A stretch of 64,000 nt of DNA from Octopus vulgaris (GCA_951406725.2 OX597823.1:49228001-49292000); one strand, 5' to 3'. Shown: positions 38,300 through 52,751, numbered from the stretch's first letter. Made by a program: numbers and translations. Notes: generated from the sequence alone by a model not told the origin.

Positions 38300-38780
38300 T
38301 TTTAACTTTCACTGTATTCCAAGTGCTCTAAGTAATATCTGTACAGTGCCTAACAGTACCACTTTCAGTATGATATGTTTGTTCCTTCTCGAGTCATATC
38401 TGGCTCATTAGGGCCGGTTCCCCAGTTTCCTTGCTGTATAGGTTCCCCACCTGGATGGTATGCCAGTCTGTCACAGGTGAGCTGCAAGATGCAGGAGGAA
38501 AGAGTGAGAGAAAGTTGTGGCAAAAGAGTAAGCAGAAGTTCGCCATTACCTTCTGCTGGAGCTGTGTGGGCTTAGGTGTTTCACTCATAAACACACACAT
38601 TGCCTGGTCTGAGATTCGAACCCATGATCCCTCGACTGCGAGTCCACTACTCAAACCACTAGGCCATGTGCCTCCTCAGTGTGATATGCATATTACTAAA
38701 TCTGGGCATTTTGGTTATATATGTGAATGTTTTTTGATCATTACCAAAGCACCTATTATTATAGGGATTACTTCTGTTGC
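38300..38780 (-). pseudogene. R4/Dong-like (restriction-like endonuclease) LINE C-terminal remnant, split by SINE E
   Basis: Minus peptides TEVIPIIIGALVMIK (about 38730-38778) and IILKVVLLGTVQILLRAL (about 38320-38376), homologous to the 57330 element. Confidence 0.6.
38390..38679 (-). mobile_element. SINE family E with an alternative tail
   Basis: Head CACTAGGCCATGTGCCTCC and GATTCGAACCC on the + strand; tail has ACTGGCATACCATCCAGG on the minus strand. Confidence 0.8.
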
Positions 38781-39089
38781 TGCAGATTCAAAACTGAATC
38801 ACAATCAAACCACAGTAGTTTCATCTGATTGGTCTATTAAGAGACCAATCAGTGACAAGCCATTGCATGATTCAATTTTCTAAAACTTTCTCATTGTGCC
38901 CTATATAAAGGTAGTTTTTTGGCTGTAATCACAGAGTATCAAGACAGCCACTTGATATCTCCATTTTCATCACCACATCCTGCTGATGGCAAAGAGAAGA
39001 TAGGGACTTTTGTCACTCTGAATATAGTGCAATCATTTTCCAGTTGTGATGAGCCAGCCACAGACTGCTATATACCAGTTAAATTGTCA

Positions 39090-39323
39090 TAAGGCGGCGA
39101 GCTGGCAGAAACGTTAGTGAGCCGGGCAAAATGCTTAGCGGTATTTCTTCTGCCATTACGTTGTGAGCTCAAATTCCGCCGAGGTCAATTTTACCTTTCA
39201 TTCTTTCAGGGTCGATAAATAAAGTACCAGTTACGCACTGGGGTCGATGTAATTGACTTAATTTCTTTGTCTGTCCTTGTTTGTCCCCTCTATGTTTAGC
39301 CCTTAGTGGTCAATAAAGAAATA
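39090..39323 (+). mobile_element. Young SINE family B with 21-bp TSD
   Basis: TATATACCAGTTAAATTGTCA at 39069-39089 and 39324-39344. Confidence 0.93.
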
Positions 39324-39769
39324 TATATACCAGTTAAATTGTCACAAATCCCTGTAGTGTGTTTCTCCCAGTGTGTAATTTTCACTGTTAGTATTTGTAA
39401 AAACCAACACAGAAAATACTATGTGTAGTAATAAAAGAAATATTAAAATTACTAAGTCTCTCTAAAAGGAGATTACGGCAGCGTTAATGGAAATTAATAG
39501 TTATCGCCATACTAATATGGCAGTCTTATAAATATAAGACTAAAGCTGTCGCTGATTAGCTCCAAGAGGCCACCGCCTCAAGCTAGCTATTTGACACATG
39601 AACCTGTGTCCATTACAAACCTTCGAACAAGGGAGGTCAGTTGCTTCATCCTGCCAGTCAGACAGTTTTCTGTTAATCATTCATGAATGTTGTTAATTAC
39701 CTTTACACACAGCCCTAGAAATACATTTTCATTCACCAGCAGTAAACCACTACCTGTGTCACTGATTTT

Positions 39770-40063
39770 GTGGTGGTAGTAGTAGTAATGGTGGTTATGG
39801 TCATTGTAGAGAAAGTAGTGGTGGTGGTGGTAGTTGTAGTAACAGCAGCAACAGTAGCAGCAATAGTAGTAGTAGCAGTTTGTAATGGTTGTGGTCATTG
39901 TAAAGAAGGTGGAAGTGGTGGTGGTGGCAGTAGTAGTAGTAGTTGTAGTCATTGTAGAGTAGGTGGTAGTGGTGGTGGTAGTAGTAGTGGTGGTTGTGGT
40001 CATTGTAGAGCAAGTGGTGGTGGTAGTAGCTGTAGTAACAGCAGCAGCAGCAGCAGCAGAAGC

Positions 40064-40150
<87 letters not shown>

Positions 40151-40460
40151 GGTGGTGGTTGTGGTCATTGTAGAGAAGGTGGTAGTTGTGGTCATTGTAG
40201 AGAAGGTGGTGGTAGTAGTAGTAGTAGTAGCAGCAGCAGCAGCAGCAGTGGTGGTTGTGGTCATTGTAGAGAAGGTGGTAGTAGTAGTAGTGATGGTGGT
40301 GATTGTGGTCATGGTAGAGAAGGTGGAAGTGGTAGTAGTAGTAGTAGTAGTAGTGGTTGTGGCCATTATAGAGAAGGTGGTGGTGGAGGTGGCAGCAGCG
40401 GCAGCGGTGGCAGTGGTGGCAGTGGTGGTGGAAAATGCAATAATAGTGCCAGTGATGGTG
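39770..40460. repeat. Compound triplet minisatellite with nine GGTTGTGGTCATTGTAGAGAAGG anchors
   Basis: Anchors at about 39792, 39887, 39941, 39992, 40157, 40184, 40253, 40301 and 40355, separated by (TAG)n/(CAG)n/(TGG)n. Confidence 0.9.
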
Positions 40461-41232
40461 GCTATGCTGGAAGATATCAGTTATGAAGGTAGAGAGTTGG
40501 CAATAGAGGGACTTATTCCCATTTTCAAAGTCGAATTTATAAATTGCTTTGGTCAACCCTATAGAAAGATAGGGCTAAGTAACAGAACTTAATAGCCAGA
40601 AAAAACTGATAAAATGTTATTTGATCATAAGTCTGTGGGTAGACACCGACCAATAATAGTTCAATAGTTAATCACGCTATCTTAGATTTGAGATTATAGG
40701 AAATAGCATAAATGGTTGAAAATATCTATAATGTTCTATTCCAGTTTCTAAGAAGGATAAAATCTGATTTCCATTCTTTTTGACTAGATTAAAAATAAGG
40801 TTAATTACTGAGGCATAAACTTTATTGGAAATCAGCGTTTCTGAAATGCCAAGTTAAGTTCTGAAACCTATATAAGATTTTGAGAAATTACTGGAAATGG
40901 TTCTACATTGAATAATATTGGTGCACTGAAGACAGTGGTGTAACAATTACACATTTATCATTGATACCTTCAACGAAAATGATATTGAACTTGATTAAAT
41001 GCATTCACTGATAGCATCATTGACAATAAGTTCTAGCTTGCAGAGAATAAGATAAGTATAAATTATTTAGTTGGCAAGGTAGAGCTAAATGCTAGACAGA
41101 ACTGAAATGAAGAGAGAAAATATATTAGAATTAAAGTTATCAAGTACTTCTTCCGAGAGAGAATTGAAGTAATATCAAATTTTGCTGAAAGTATGAGGTC
41201 ATGGAAATTAAGGGATCATAGACTATTGATCA

Positions 41233-41520
41233 TGGAGGCACAATGGCCCAGTGGTTAGGGCAGAGGACTCGCAGTCGGAGGATCACGGTTTCGATTCCCA
41301 GACTGGGCGTTGTGTTTATTGAGCGAAAATATCTAAAGCTCCATGAGGCTCCAGCAGGGAGTGGTGGAGACCCCTATTGTACTCTTTTGCCCCAACTTTC
41401 TCTCACTCTCTCTTCCTGTTTCTTGAGTAATGCTGCAATGGACTGGTGTCCCATCCAGCTGGAGGGAACACATGCACCACAGAAACCAGGAAACCAGGCT
41501 AGGTTTGAAAAGGGTGACAT
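41233..41520 (+). mobile_element. SINE family E
   Basis: TGGAGGCACAATGGCCCAGTGGTTAGGG...GGTTTCGATTCCC; flanked by TAGACTATTGATCA (41220-41233 and 41537-41550), a probable TSD. Confidence 0.85.
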
Positions 41521-41644
41521 TTATCATTTTTTCTTTAGACTATTGATCAAGGTTTAGCATTTTCCTTTCCTGTTTCCCTGTTCTCTTTTCTGTCTTGCCA
41601 TATAACTCAGTAACCTTACTGGTAATATTGGCATAAAGAGAAAA

Positions 41645-41831
41645 TAGTGCCCAGTACACATTTTGTTAGTACACATTTGGTGTTAGGAAGAGCTTCCAGC
41701 CATAGAAACCATGCCAAAGCTGACATTAATGGAACTTGGTGCAGCCCTGTAGCTTTGAATCCTGTCAAACTAATCAACCCATTCCAGCATGGAAGATGAA
41801 TGTTAAATGATGATGATGATGATGATGATGC
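41645..41831 (+). mobile_element. family C (RTE 3' end)
   Basis: TGGTGTTAGGAAG..CCAGCCATAGAAACC...CAGCATGGAA..GTTAAATGATGATG. Confidence 0.75.
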
Positions 41832-43024
41832 TAGGAATCCATATAGATGGAAGCCAAATAGATTCTGATGCAACTGGTTTAAGAACTAAAAGTAACTAAT
41901 AACGAAGATAACATATTACAAAAGAATAATGGAAGACTAACTCTCAAATATTTTCTTGCAATGTTAGCAAAGACTTCATATCCCAGATATTATCCTCAGA
42001 CAATGTCACAACAATTAAAACTTACTTGCTTTGTAATTTCATCTTCATCTTTTATTAGTTTCTATTTTCTCTTATAAGTTTTAGTTACTGTTCATTAAGA
42101 TTACTCTAGAATTCTTATGTCATACAAAGCCATACGAATATTTTGACAGTACACACAAATTAATCTTGTATAACAAGCGTTTATGATGATTAGACACAAA
42201 TTAAACAAAGTAAATATTGCTTTTGTTTGTTTGTTTTATTTTTCATCTTAGATTGGCACAGGGCCACAAATTTGCTGACAATGTACAATAAATTAAACCG
42301 TTCCAAATACTTAACGGGTATTAATATTTTATCAACTCCACAAGGGTGGAAAGCAAAACCAACCTAATCTAGGACCCTAAAGGAACACAATATGAGAGGA
42401 ATCAATGTAAATCACAATCTAAAAATACAATCCAAGACACACTCTAAAAGAGTAAAGACATACAATGGAATTGAAATACAATAAAGGATTTGGCCTGGTA
42501 TTTTATTGTTTCTGCTTTGACAATCTCCAGAGAAGCTGAATGTTAGCAATTGATACAAGCAGTGTTCTAGCCTTCTAATTAATTTAGAAAAGATGACTAA
42601 TTAGCAGGGAAAACTTGAAAAGAAAAAACTGTTCAAATAAAAATATTATTAGTATGACTACTGTTCAGAAATTAAGAAATTCTAGTTTTCACTAAAGCCA
42701 AATCTTGTGAAGCAAGATTTTTGTTTGGTTGTTTGGTGAAACTGAAAAAAGAGTTGTAACTGAAAAGGTACCCAGAAAGTAGGTACCTCTTGAGTCATTA
42801 TGACCAGCTGTACTGCATGTCAAACCAATTTCATGCACATGCATCATTTTTTACAAGTATCATGACAAGCAATTAAAAATGGATATTTTTAATGTTAGAA
42901 AGATATTGAATAAATGTGGATAAACAATGACAGCCAAAAACAAAAGAAGAATTACATTAAAATAATTTTCTTATAAATCTAGTTGGGTAGGTTTAATGCT
43001 ATCATCATCATTATTATTATCATT

Positions 43025-43250
43025 AAGGTGACAAGCTGGCAGAATCGTTAGTATACCAGGCAAAATGCTTCACAGTATTTTGTTCATCTCCACATTCTGA
43101 GTTCAAATTCCATTGAGGTTGACTTTATCTTTCATACTTTTGGAGTCAATAAATTAAGTACCATTGAAACACTGGAGTTGATGTAATAGACTAGTCCTCT
43201 CCCCAGATATTTCTGGCCTTGTGCCTTTAGTAGATAGGATTATTGTTATT
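43025..43250 (+). mobile_element. SINE family B (tail type 2)
   Basis: AAGGTGACAAGCTGGCAGAATCG...GGCCTTGTGCCTTTAGTAGATAGGATTATT. Confidence 0.8.
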
Positions 43251-43254
43251 ATTA

Positions 43255-43815
43255 CTTTTGAGTGATAGAGCAGTGCATGCCATCAAAGTGACACAGGGGT
43301 AAAATATGCAAAGCCCAGTAAACCTGTCATGACTACCTGTCTGATAAGGGTACATCAGGCACATGCATCACAACCACATGTGTGTGACATGGTAATCTCA
43401 TATCATGATAAACAGTGCATGACCTTGCAGGTAGGGCCCAGTATGAATTTTCTTCAGGTGAGTAACCCATCCTGCTCAAAAGGTCTCTGAATAAGGTTTG
43501 TTTGAGGATGATGAACGAAACACTCATATATATCCAGAGGTGAATTATTCAAACCCCAAAGAATTCCTCTCAACACATGGCTATGATGCTCCCCCACTAC
43601 TTCTGCACATGATCAGAGATGCACATATCATCAGCCACCAAAGGACATGCTTAACTGGATAAGGTCAAACAACTGACAAGCAAATCTGTGGTATTGAGCA
43701 GAATATTTGCTGTAGCTCATCTTTTATACCCAAGACAAATCATGTACATGATAACACTTCAAATCAGTTAAGATCAAAAGCCATGAGGGTCACTGCCTGA
43801 TACTGCAACAGGGAT
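43255..43815. repeat. Unclassified interspersed repeat (family G)
   Basis: 43540-43715 matches 21290-21364 plus 21695-21810. Confidence 0.6.
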
Positions 43816-43852
43816 TGATTATTGTTATCATCGTCATCATCATCATCATCAA

Positions 43853-43965
<113 letters not shown>

Positions 43966-45215
43966 TGACAGAATCAACTTTACCTTTTATCACTCTGAGG
44001 GTCAATGAAATAAAAATATTAGTCAAGTTAAGGGTTCAGTGTAATCAACTTGCCCTGCCCCTCAAAATTGCTGGCATTGTGTCAAAATTAGAAAGAATTA
44101 TCATTATCATTATTATTATTTAATTTATTATTTTTCATTTATTTATTTTTTGAGCTACCAGAATTTAATAAACCAATTTAGCCAGTAATAATGGCTAAAA
44201 TAATTTCTTTGAAAGGGCATTCTTCAACCAGCTTTCTCTACAGATATGGTTTTTGAACAATTATTATCTGTACCTGATACTACAGAGATTTTATTGATTA
44301 AAAAATTCACAAACAGATATAAAGTTAAACAAGTAATCTCTGACAATATTTGCATCAGAATTAGCCTCTATTTACATTGAGAAAATAAAAACTTGACAAA
44401 ATTCTAGTAACACATTGTAGGGAACAAAAACAAATATATTCATTAAAAAGTAAATAATCTATTTCCCTTCTTTGTTTCAGAGAATTTTTGCAAAATAGGA
44501 CTGATCATAATAAACTTATGTGTTCCATTTGAAAATTTCTAGGGTGGATGGGGTGAATCAAGATTGGAATATAAACTAAAATTAGTCACAAGATTTCTTT
44601 AATTTTTTTTTTTCTTAATTTATGTATTAATTCAAATAATGTTGTTCTTATGAAGATCAAATTAAAACATCAAAGTATTATACAAAGGCTTAACACTGAA
44701 GAACCACATAACTCTTAAAACGTTTTTGTCTTAATTTTTCATCTCAATTTTCATTTTATATGAAGACTTCAAAGAGGCAAGTGTCACACATAAAGTGTCA
44801 AAGAACATAATTTTTACAGCCAGATAACCTTTTGAACATCAAGTCTTCCATATCATAAAGTGGGATTTTTCTGGTTATATAGAGTGAGTTACCTAAATCT
44901 GAGGCCACACCACCATGTTCATATCTACGTTTGAACGTTAACTTCAGAGAAAATGAGCCCAGAAATTTAATCACTTGGTTTAATCGCTAACATTTTTTTT
45001 AAAGAATTATTTCCCATAAAGTTGACATTCCTTTCCTATACTCACTGAGCCATTAATTATCTTTTGTACTGAATAAACTTATCCTATTACTTGACTGGGG
45101 AGAATATTAAATAATTTGCATTCTAGAAAAAAAAAAGAAATAAAATTTGAACTACTAATGAAAGTGAAAGTAAATTTTAAATGAGGATGTTAAAAATGTT
45201 TACTAATAGGTGCAC

Positions 45216-45441
45216 TTAACCCTTTAGCATTTAAACTGCCCGTGTCTGGTCCAAATATTCTACATGTTTTATATTCAAACCAACCAGATTTGGCCTCTTA
45301 CAGTTACCTTACAATGACATTCTAAAAATAAGCAATTACTTCACTGAAATCTCAAAGCTACATGATGGTGTATGGTTAATTCTAAACAATCAGAATAAAT
45401 AAGCAGTACATTTGACAGAGTAATCTGAATGCTAAAGGGTA
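45216..45441. mobile_element. piggyBac-like MITE (family F)
   Basis: TTAACCCTTTAGCATT ... AATGCTAAAGGGT. Confidence 0.8.
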
Positions 45442-45910
45442 GGAAATTCAAGTGGATGGATACCTGTGGAAGATGGAATAGTTGGCAATAATATATCTGA
45501 TTTCTGTTAATCAAATCTTGTTAATCAGTTAATTTACTGAAAAACTCTATTTTACTGCTGCTAATTATTCTGTTATTGAATGTTGGATTATGGGTAGAAA
45601 GTGATGTAGTATTTGTTCTGACTCTCTCTCCTCTGACTTCAAGTCCTACTGAAGTCATCTTTGTCTTTCGTCTTTTTGGTGGTCAGTCAGTGTCTTGGTG
45701 AAAATGTTAAAGTTTTAGTCAAGATTCTTAGTGGTATCTGTAACCAACTCTTTTTGCCCCCATTCAACATATGTTGAGGCAGATAAATAAACAACCTTAA
45801 CGAAAAAAGGCCTGAAAGAATCCCTTGTTTATTGGATCATCATCACCATCATCACAACCACCACCACCACTACCACCACCACCACCACCACCATCACCTT
45901 CACCATCACC

Positions 45911-45945
<35 letters not shown>

Positions 45946-46459
45946 TATCATCATCATCGTCGATGTCATCATCATCACCACCACCACGACCATCATCATC
46001 TTTTTTCACCATTTTGCCTCTATTTTAAAATTTTTTTTCCAATTCTGGCATAGATTGAATGAATCTTTCAGCACAGCATTTCATGACAAGTCTTGAACCT
46101 TTGTCATCTGTCACACACACACTGCAACAAAGAAAACTGCGATTTATTTTTATTGTGCACGTCATGTTTTATAACATAGCTTGCCTTTATTGTTGGATAT
46201 TCCTATCACCAACATTTTGAAGTGTGCACTGGATGTATTCTGATTATACTTTGTACACTGAAGAAGTTATCAATGGCAGATCTAAAGTGTTCCCTCTATC
46301 TTGTATTAATGTTTATTAAGATTTTCTGCTCCTCTAGATGGGAAGCTTTTGTGCTGAGGCTAGTGGAATCCTTATCTTCTCCATTTGATTCTTATTTTTG
46401 ATTGACTGGTTTTTAAAGCTACATGCAGTTCCAGTCACTAATCACTTTATCATATGAAC

Positions 46460-46711
46460 TGGTGCCACGCCCATGTTGGCACCATATAGAAAAAAAGCCC
46501 ATCCAATGCACTCCATAAAGTGACTGGCATTAAGAAGGAAATCCAGCCACAGAAACCATCCCAAAACAGACAACTGCTGGAGCATGGTCAAGCCCTCTGG
46601 CTTGCCAGCTTCTGTTGAACTATCCAAACCATGCCAGCATGGAAAACAGACATTAAATGAAGATGATGATGGTGGTGATGATGATGGACGTGGTGGTGAT
46701 GGTGGTGGAAT

Positions 46712-46755
<44 letters not shown>

Positions 46756-46756
46756 C
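46460..46756 (+). mobile_element. family C (RTE 3' end) with expanded (TGA)n tail
   Basis: TGGCATTAAGAAGG..CCAGCCACAGAAACC...CATGCCAGCATGGAAAACAGACATTAAATGA. Confidence 0.75.
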
Positions 46757-48360
46757 CAACTAGAGAGGTTCTCTATAACAGGACTAAAGGAATCTTCTGT
46801 TTTTACTCAGAGGTACTAACTCCTGTATGGGTTGCCTTCATTGCAGTTTGCTGAATCTACCTTCCCTCTGCTTCTTCAGAATATATATTATCAATATTTG
46901 TCTCACATGAAGTCCAAGGCAAGTGGAATCAGCACAACGGCCCCACTATCTTAACTATATCACTTTATTGGCAAAAGCTCAACAATGGAATCCATACAAC
47001 TTACTACACTGCTTAAATCTAAGATCAGGAATTAGCTTGGTACGAAAGAAATTTTAGCATTGGATACTTAAAGGAGATTGCTTTAGGAAGGAAAGGGTTT
47101 CAAGTGATTCCCTTTACATAAGAAATCTTAACTCTAAATAGATGAGAGATAAAATGAAATATGAGATAATTCCTATATATATATAAAATGCTGGCGCTCA
47201 GTTTACAGCAGAAAATGAGAGCTGAGCTTAATGTATGGATTTATTTAGAGAGGGAAATTTGACCAGTTGAAATATAAATGTGGGTCATTTTACAGATGTT
47301 TTAATAGAAGTGTTATTTTAGAATATGGAATATTTTTATTAGATGTGAAAACTTAAAGAATATGTCTCATTAATGAAGAAACTGAAACAGAAATATGAAG
47401 CTACTTTCCACTAGTATTTCATTCAATTCTTAAATGAAAATATTTAATCAATAAGACATACTTGTAAAATATTCATTGCTAAAATGCTAAAACACAATTC
47501 GTTTCTATGCTAGAACATCACATTTCTATGAATCAAAATCAATTCTTATGTTTAATATGCTTCATTTCAAATCCCCTAAATTATTCAATTATTTATTTTT
47601 ATTCAGTATTCCCTAAATTCCAATTAATAATTTTATTGAAAAGTCTTAGACTTCATTATTCCTATTTTGCAGCAAATTTAATGCCTTAAATGAGAACCAC
47701 TTAAAGTATGAAGAATTATTCAGTTTTCAGATTTCCACCTGTTCATTAATCCTTCAGATCTTAATATTGCTTTAACTTTCTCTCATCAGTAAACCTTTTC
47801 ACACTATCTGTTAATTAGTTCCAGCTTTATGCTTCTTAATCCAAAGAAATACAGAAATAATTACCTCCACTATTCAATGGAGATTGGTTTTATTTCTTCA
47901 TTCTTTTATCTGTTTCACATTTGAAGTAGTTGTGTATCTGAATACATCAAAGATCACAAAAACAGGGACGATTCAGAACAAGCTAAATTTTTTTTTTTTA
48001 ATTATTATTATTATTTTTAAAAACACACTAAAAACAGGACTGCAATGACTCTAAAGAAATAATTAAAAATCCTCTCTACTTTATTAACCTAGTATAAAAC
48101 TTCAAATATTAAGAATAGACCTAAACTTTGGAAGATACAAACTAATAATAGAATTTAAATTGAATCCATTATGTTTGTTATATTAAACAGTGATTACAAC
48201 CTAAAGAAGTTATGTTCAAACTGAGCATAAACCATATTGTTATCACTGGTCTGACGGGGGCTTAAATTTATCATGGATATTGTTCCTTTACATTTATAAC
48301 CCAATGACAGAAACCAATTGAAGAGTTTTGGGAAACTATGAAAGGCTAGAATAGTGACAA

Positions 48361-48577
48361 TAACCATTTCTACTATAGGTACAAGGCCTGAGATTTGGGA
48401 GAACAGGAGTTAGTCAGTTTCATTGACTCCAGTGTTCAGCTGGTACTTATTTCAGCAAATCTGAAAGGATGAAAGGCAAAGTCAACCACAACTAGATTTG
48501 AACACCGAATGTAAAAATGGATGAAATGTTTAGCAGCATTTTATCTGGCATGCTAACAATTCTACCAGCTCACCATC
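48361..48577 (-). mobile_element. SINE family B (tail type 2)
   Basis: TTCTACTATAGGTACAAGGCCTGAG...GGATGAAAGGCAAAGTCAACC...CCAGCTCACC. Confidence 0.75.
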
Positions 48578-48877
48578 TCTGGACAGTGACAGTGATATTT
48601 AGCTGAATATCTAAGAATTTAGTTTCATGTTTTTACATTCTAAGTTCAAATACTACTGGGATTAATATTGCCTTGTATCCATCTGTGATCAATCAAGAAT
48701 GTATCAGGCACATTGTAGTGTGAATTAAGTTATATTCATCTCCTGCAGATTATAAACCTTTAGCTAATAGGAGAAATTATTCTTATTATAATAAATAGTG
48801 TGTCTCTGAAATAAACTCTCTGTTATTTTGCAGACCCTCATTGCCCATTGGAACAGCATTTAGTCGACAGGGTAACA

Positions 48878-49105
48878 TTAATCCCTTAGCATTCAAACTA
48901 CTCTGTTAAAGGCAATGCTTATTTATCCACATTCTTTTGAATCAATTATGCTTTATCACATAGCTTTGAGATTTCAGTGATGTGATTATTTAGTTTTAGA
49001 ATGACATTGTAGAGGTGGTGTGAGAAACCAGATCTGGCTGGTTTGAACATAAAACAGGTGGAATATTTTGGCCAGATACAGCTGGTTTAAATGCTAAAGG
49101 GTTAA
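48878..49105. mobile_element. piggyBac-like MITE (family F)
   Basis: TTAATCCCTTAGCATT ... AATGCTAAAGGGTTAA. Confidence 0.8.
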
Positions 49106-49194
49106 ACTATTTCTTTGGTATTAAATCTTATAAATATAAAGTTTTTTAAATTTTGTACAATATATTTATAACTATCAATAATAATAATAATAAT

Positions 49195-49232
<38 letters not shown>

Positions 49233-49236
<4 letters not shown>

Positions 49237-49447
49237 CCTTTCTGCTATAGGCACAAGCCTGAAATTTGTGTGGAGGGGTTAAGTAGATTACATCGACGCC
49301 AGTACTGAACTAGTACTTAATTTATCGACCCCAAAAAGATAAAAGGCAAAGTCTACCACCAAAAAACTTGAACTCAGAATGTAGCGACGGGAGAAATACC
49401 ACTAAGCATTTCACCCATGCTAACAATTCTGCCAGCTCACTGCCTTA
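49233..49447 (-). mobile_element. SINE family B (tail type 2) with (TTA)n tail expansion
   Basis: (AAT)n then CCTTTCTGCTATAGGCACAAG...CTGCCAGCTCACTGCCTT. Confidence 0.82.
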
Positions 49448-50258
49448 ATAATTATGATGGTGACGATGATGATGATGATGGTGGTGGTGGTGGTGGTGGT
49501 GGTGGTGGTGGACCCTCTTGTCAAAGATTATATATGAGTGTTCAGCTTTTTTGCCAAATGACCTGCACAAATGACTTGTTTAAAGTGACCAACTGTATGT
49601 GCAGTACATTAGTTTATTGCCTCCATCACATGGACATTTGCTTGAACAGGAGCACAGTTGCCAAGTGTCAGATATCGAAGTGATCAGAGAGCAACACGAG
49701 ACAAAGTGTTTTTTGCTCAAGAACATCATTTAAGATTACTTAACAATGTTATGAAAAACAATCACAAAAATATCATCCAGATGAAAATAACAGTGAAGCT
49801 AGTGTTGTTAACATATTTAATTTAGTGTGTATTAAATTTGTAATTAAAAATAACAAGATGGTGAGGAAAATGCAGCATTAGCTTATTGACTAATTGACTA
49901 AACATTTTGCTAAGTACAAGAGACAAATCTGGATTTGCTTTGAACTCCTTAGAACTCTTCAGTAAAAAATAGACTCTGTCATGTTTGTTATACTCACTGA
50001 AATTATTAAAATGATATTAGTTATCGAGCTAATGTTATTTTTCCTCACAGTGTAATTATTTTTAATTAAGCTTTTTACAGGATCACTACTTCAAATATGT
50101 TATCCATTTCTTAATTACTGTTTACCATACAGCTGAGTAATTTCTCTCAGTAATTTACTATTTTAGATATGTTAATTTTCCAAACCTACTTTTATATAGT
50201 ATTGAACCAACATTTAGTGATTCTTCCTTCACTATTTCAGCAATTACACATAAATCTA

Positions 50259-50815
50259 AGAGGCCTGATCAAAATGCATCAGGAGTCTTGCTATGGTAAT
50301 AGAACTAAAGTAGTGCAGTGAAGTCACTTAGCACAGATCAACTTTGAACTTTGTCATTTATGCACACTAATTCATAATGTTCACTTACATTGTTTATAGC
50401 AATGCTTGGAAGTAAAGTGTGTAGAGTGTGGTCATCTCAAAAAAAATATCAAGTTTCAGCTGCACAGGATCTCCTTGATTGTGTTGAGGATCCTGCAAAC
50501 ATTTTGAAAACAGTCAGAACAGAGTGATGAATCATGGGTGTATGGCTATGACTTTGAAACCAAGGCAGAAATGGAATTCCGCTTGAAAGGAACACGATTT
50601 CAAGATGTCAAGGAAATTCAGATGAGTGTGATGAGGCATCTGCTCCCTATACTGAAAAAGAGAGTTCCAGTAATGCTTCCATCAATGAAAACAACACTAG
50701 ATAAAGTGTGTGGCTTCAGAAGGGAACTGCTTTGAAGGAGATTAAAAACAGAATTGATATGCATTATAGTTTACGTTTTATAGCAACAGTTCCAATTCTT
50801 TTTAATTAGACCTTG
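50259..50815 (+). mobile_element. Internally deleted mariner relic
   Basis: Imperfect TIRs GAGGCCTGATCAAAA / TTTTAATTAGACCTT; peptide (V)YGYDFETK fused to LKGTRFQDVKEIQ. Confidence 0.75.
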
Positions 50816-52575
50816 CATGCTTGCCTAAGAAAATGTAATGAGACCAAAACATGTTTGACACTGTCTCCCAAACTTGCTACATTGATTACAATAATGTTAA
50901 TCATTGGATTTATCACTCTTATCTCCCCCACCATCCGTCATTTCATCAATAACTTACTCAACTACTACAATACTACATCAACTACAAAGAAAGCTGGCTC
51001 CAAACAAGTACACTAAAAGTAATGCTTTCCCTTCTTACTACAAACATTAAAAACATTGAATACAATGAGCAACTACACTCAGCAACACATTTCACACACA
51101 GAAGACAAAAGTACCAGGAACTGCCTAAAATACCTCTTATGGTGGGTATAAAGCACGGGTATTGTTAGGCTAATAAACAGAAAGCCATTAGAAGTTTCAA
51201 AGGTAAGGCATTTCAATTGTTGGCCGCATAATTTTATAGCGGAGCTTTCAATAATTTGAACTGTAATGTTCAATTATAATACTGTTCTAAATAAGAACAA
51301 CTGGACTGCTTTTAGTTAACCATTATCTCAAAAAGAAAATAATAATGTTATTGTTTACATAGAGAACATTCAATCACCTGTGGAAATATATATTGTGTTC
51401 AGCATCCTTTCAATTAATCATGTAAACAAAGATAATTCACATTTCAATGAAAATAAGAAATATTTTGATATTTCAAAGAATTTATAAACAAAACTTTATG
51501 AATTGCATATGTATTGTTCAATTTTGAAACAAATATCCGGAAATTGTCTTCAAAAAGTATGGAATACCTTATGCCCAAAGTAAAAATTATCCATCTTTCT
51601 GACTCGATATTTAATCACCAGTTTTAACTTTATAATAATCAGTAGCAAAAACACAAATTCTAAAATTTCCTTTATATGTGTAACAAACACAACCACACTA
51701 AATATAATTTAGAAATACATGAATACAGCCAAAATTTTTATTCTTAAATATTTTCATAATTTCTTCATTTTCTTGATTATATTTTTCCTATTTTTGTTTA
51801 GATGCATTTTTTAATCCTTTTTATCATGCTAGCATATCAGGAATGAATTTCAAAATGTATTACATTTATATAAGTTCAAACCTCACTTCAAGGCACAGCA
51901 TTCTATTTTCCAAAATCTTTGAATCTGCAAATAACGACCAATCCCAATTGACAAGTAAGTGGCAAGTGGTAGGAAAGACATGAAGCTGTTAAAATACTTC
52001 CAACAGATGCTATTTAAATTATAAGATTTTCAGAACTTAGTTCCATCCCCATTGTAATGTCGAAAATTTTGATATAAATAAGTGAAAACATTATGTTCAA
52101 GGTGTTCTACAAATATACATCACTAATATTTCTGTTTCTTTCACATTCTTTGCTCCATTTGTGAACATCACATACTGTCATCTAAATGCAATTCATTTAT
52201 GTTTACAAAACGAGGATCAATTATATAATGTTTAACACAACTGTTTTCACTATACTCAATATGCTGCTGTAAATTGTTTTTTTAAATCATATAAGCTTCA
52301 GTGAGATACTTCTCTTATCTTGTCCATTTGTAATAATGTTGTTTTACTTCTTGTTGTGTGTGTGTGTGCAATTTTTTAATATCAGTTTCAGCTTTAGAAT
52401 TATGTAGAATTATGTAATAAAATGAATTACTCACTCTATTCTCTTTGTTGATATATATATCCATATATACATATATGGATGTATACATACATATAGATAT
52501 ACTTATATACGTACTTAGATATTTGCTTATATAAATATATACATACTTAAGTATTTGCTTATATAAATATATATA

Positions 52576-52606
<31 letters not shown>

Positions 52607-52751
52607 GTACATACATACATACATACATACATACATACATTACATACATACATATACTTACATACACAGACATATATATTTGGCATGGAGCTGAATCAAA
52701 CTGTTTTAAATAATAATACACACACACTCACTCCCACACACACACATACAC

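Noticed and set aside
39350-39385. CACACTGGGAGAAAC (minus strand) resembling a C2H2 HTGEK linker
   Set aside because: Frameshifted, with no flanking Cys/His pattern.
39770-40460. CRISPR-like repeat-spacer appearance
   Set aside because: The DNA is eukaryotic, the spacers are simple triplet tracts of very unequal length, and there are no cas genes.
48834-48871. 38-nt candidate exon (TTTTGCAG...GTAACA)
   Set aside because: Weak donor site, immediately adjacent to a MITE, and no supporting homology.
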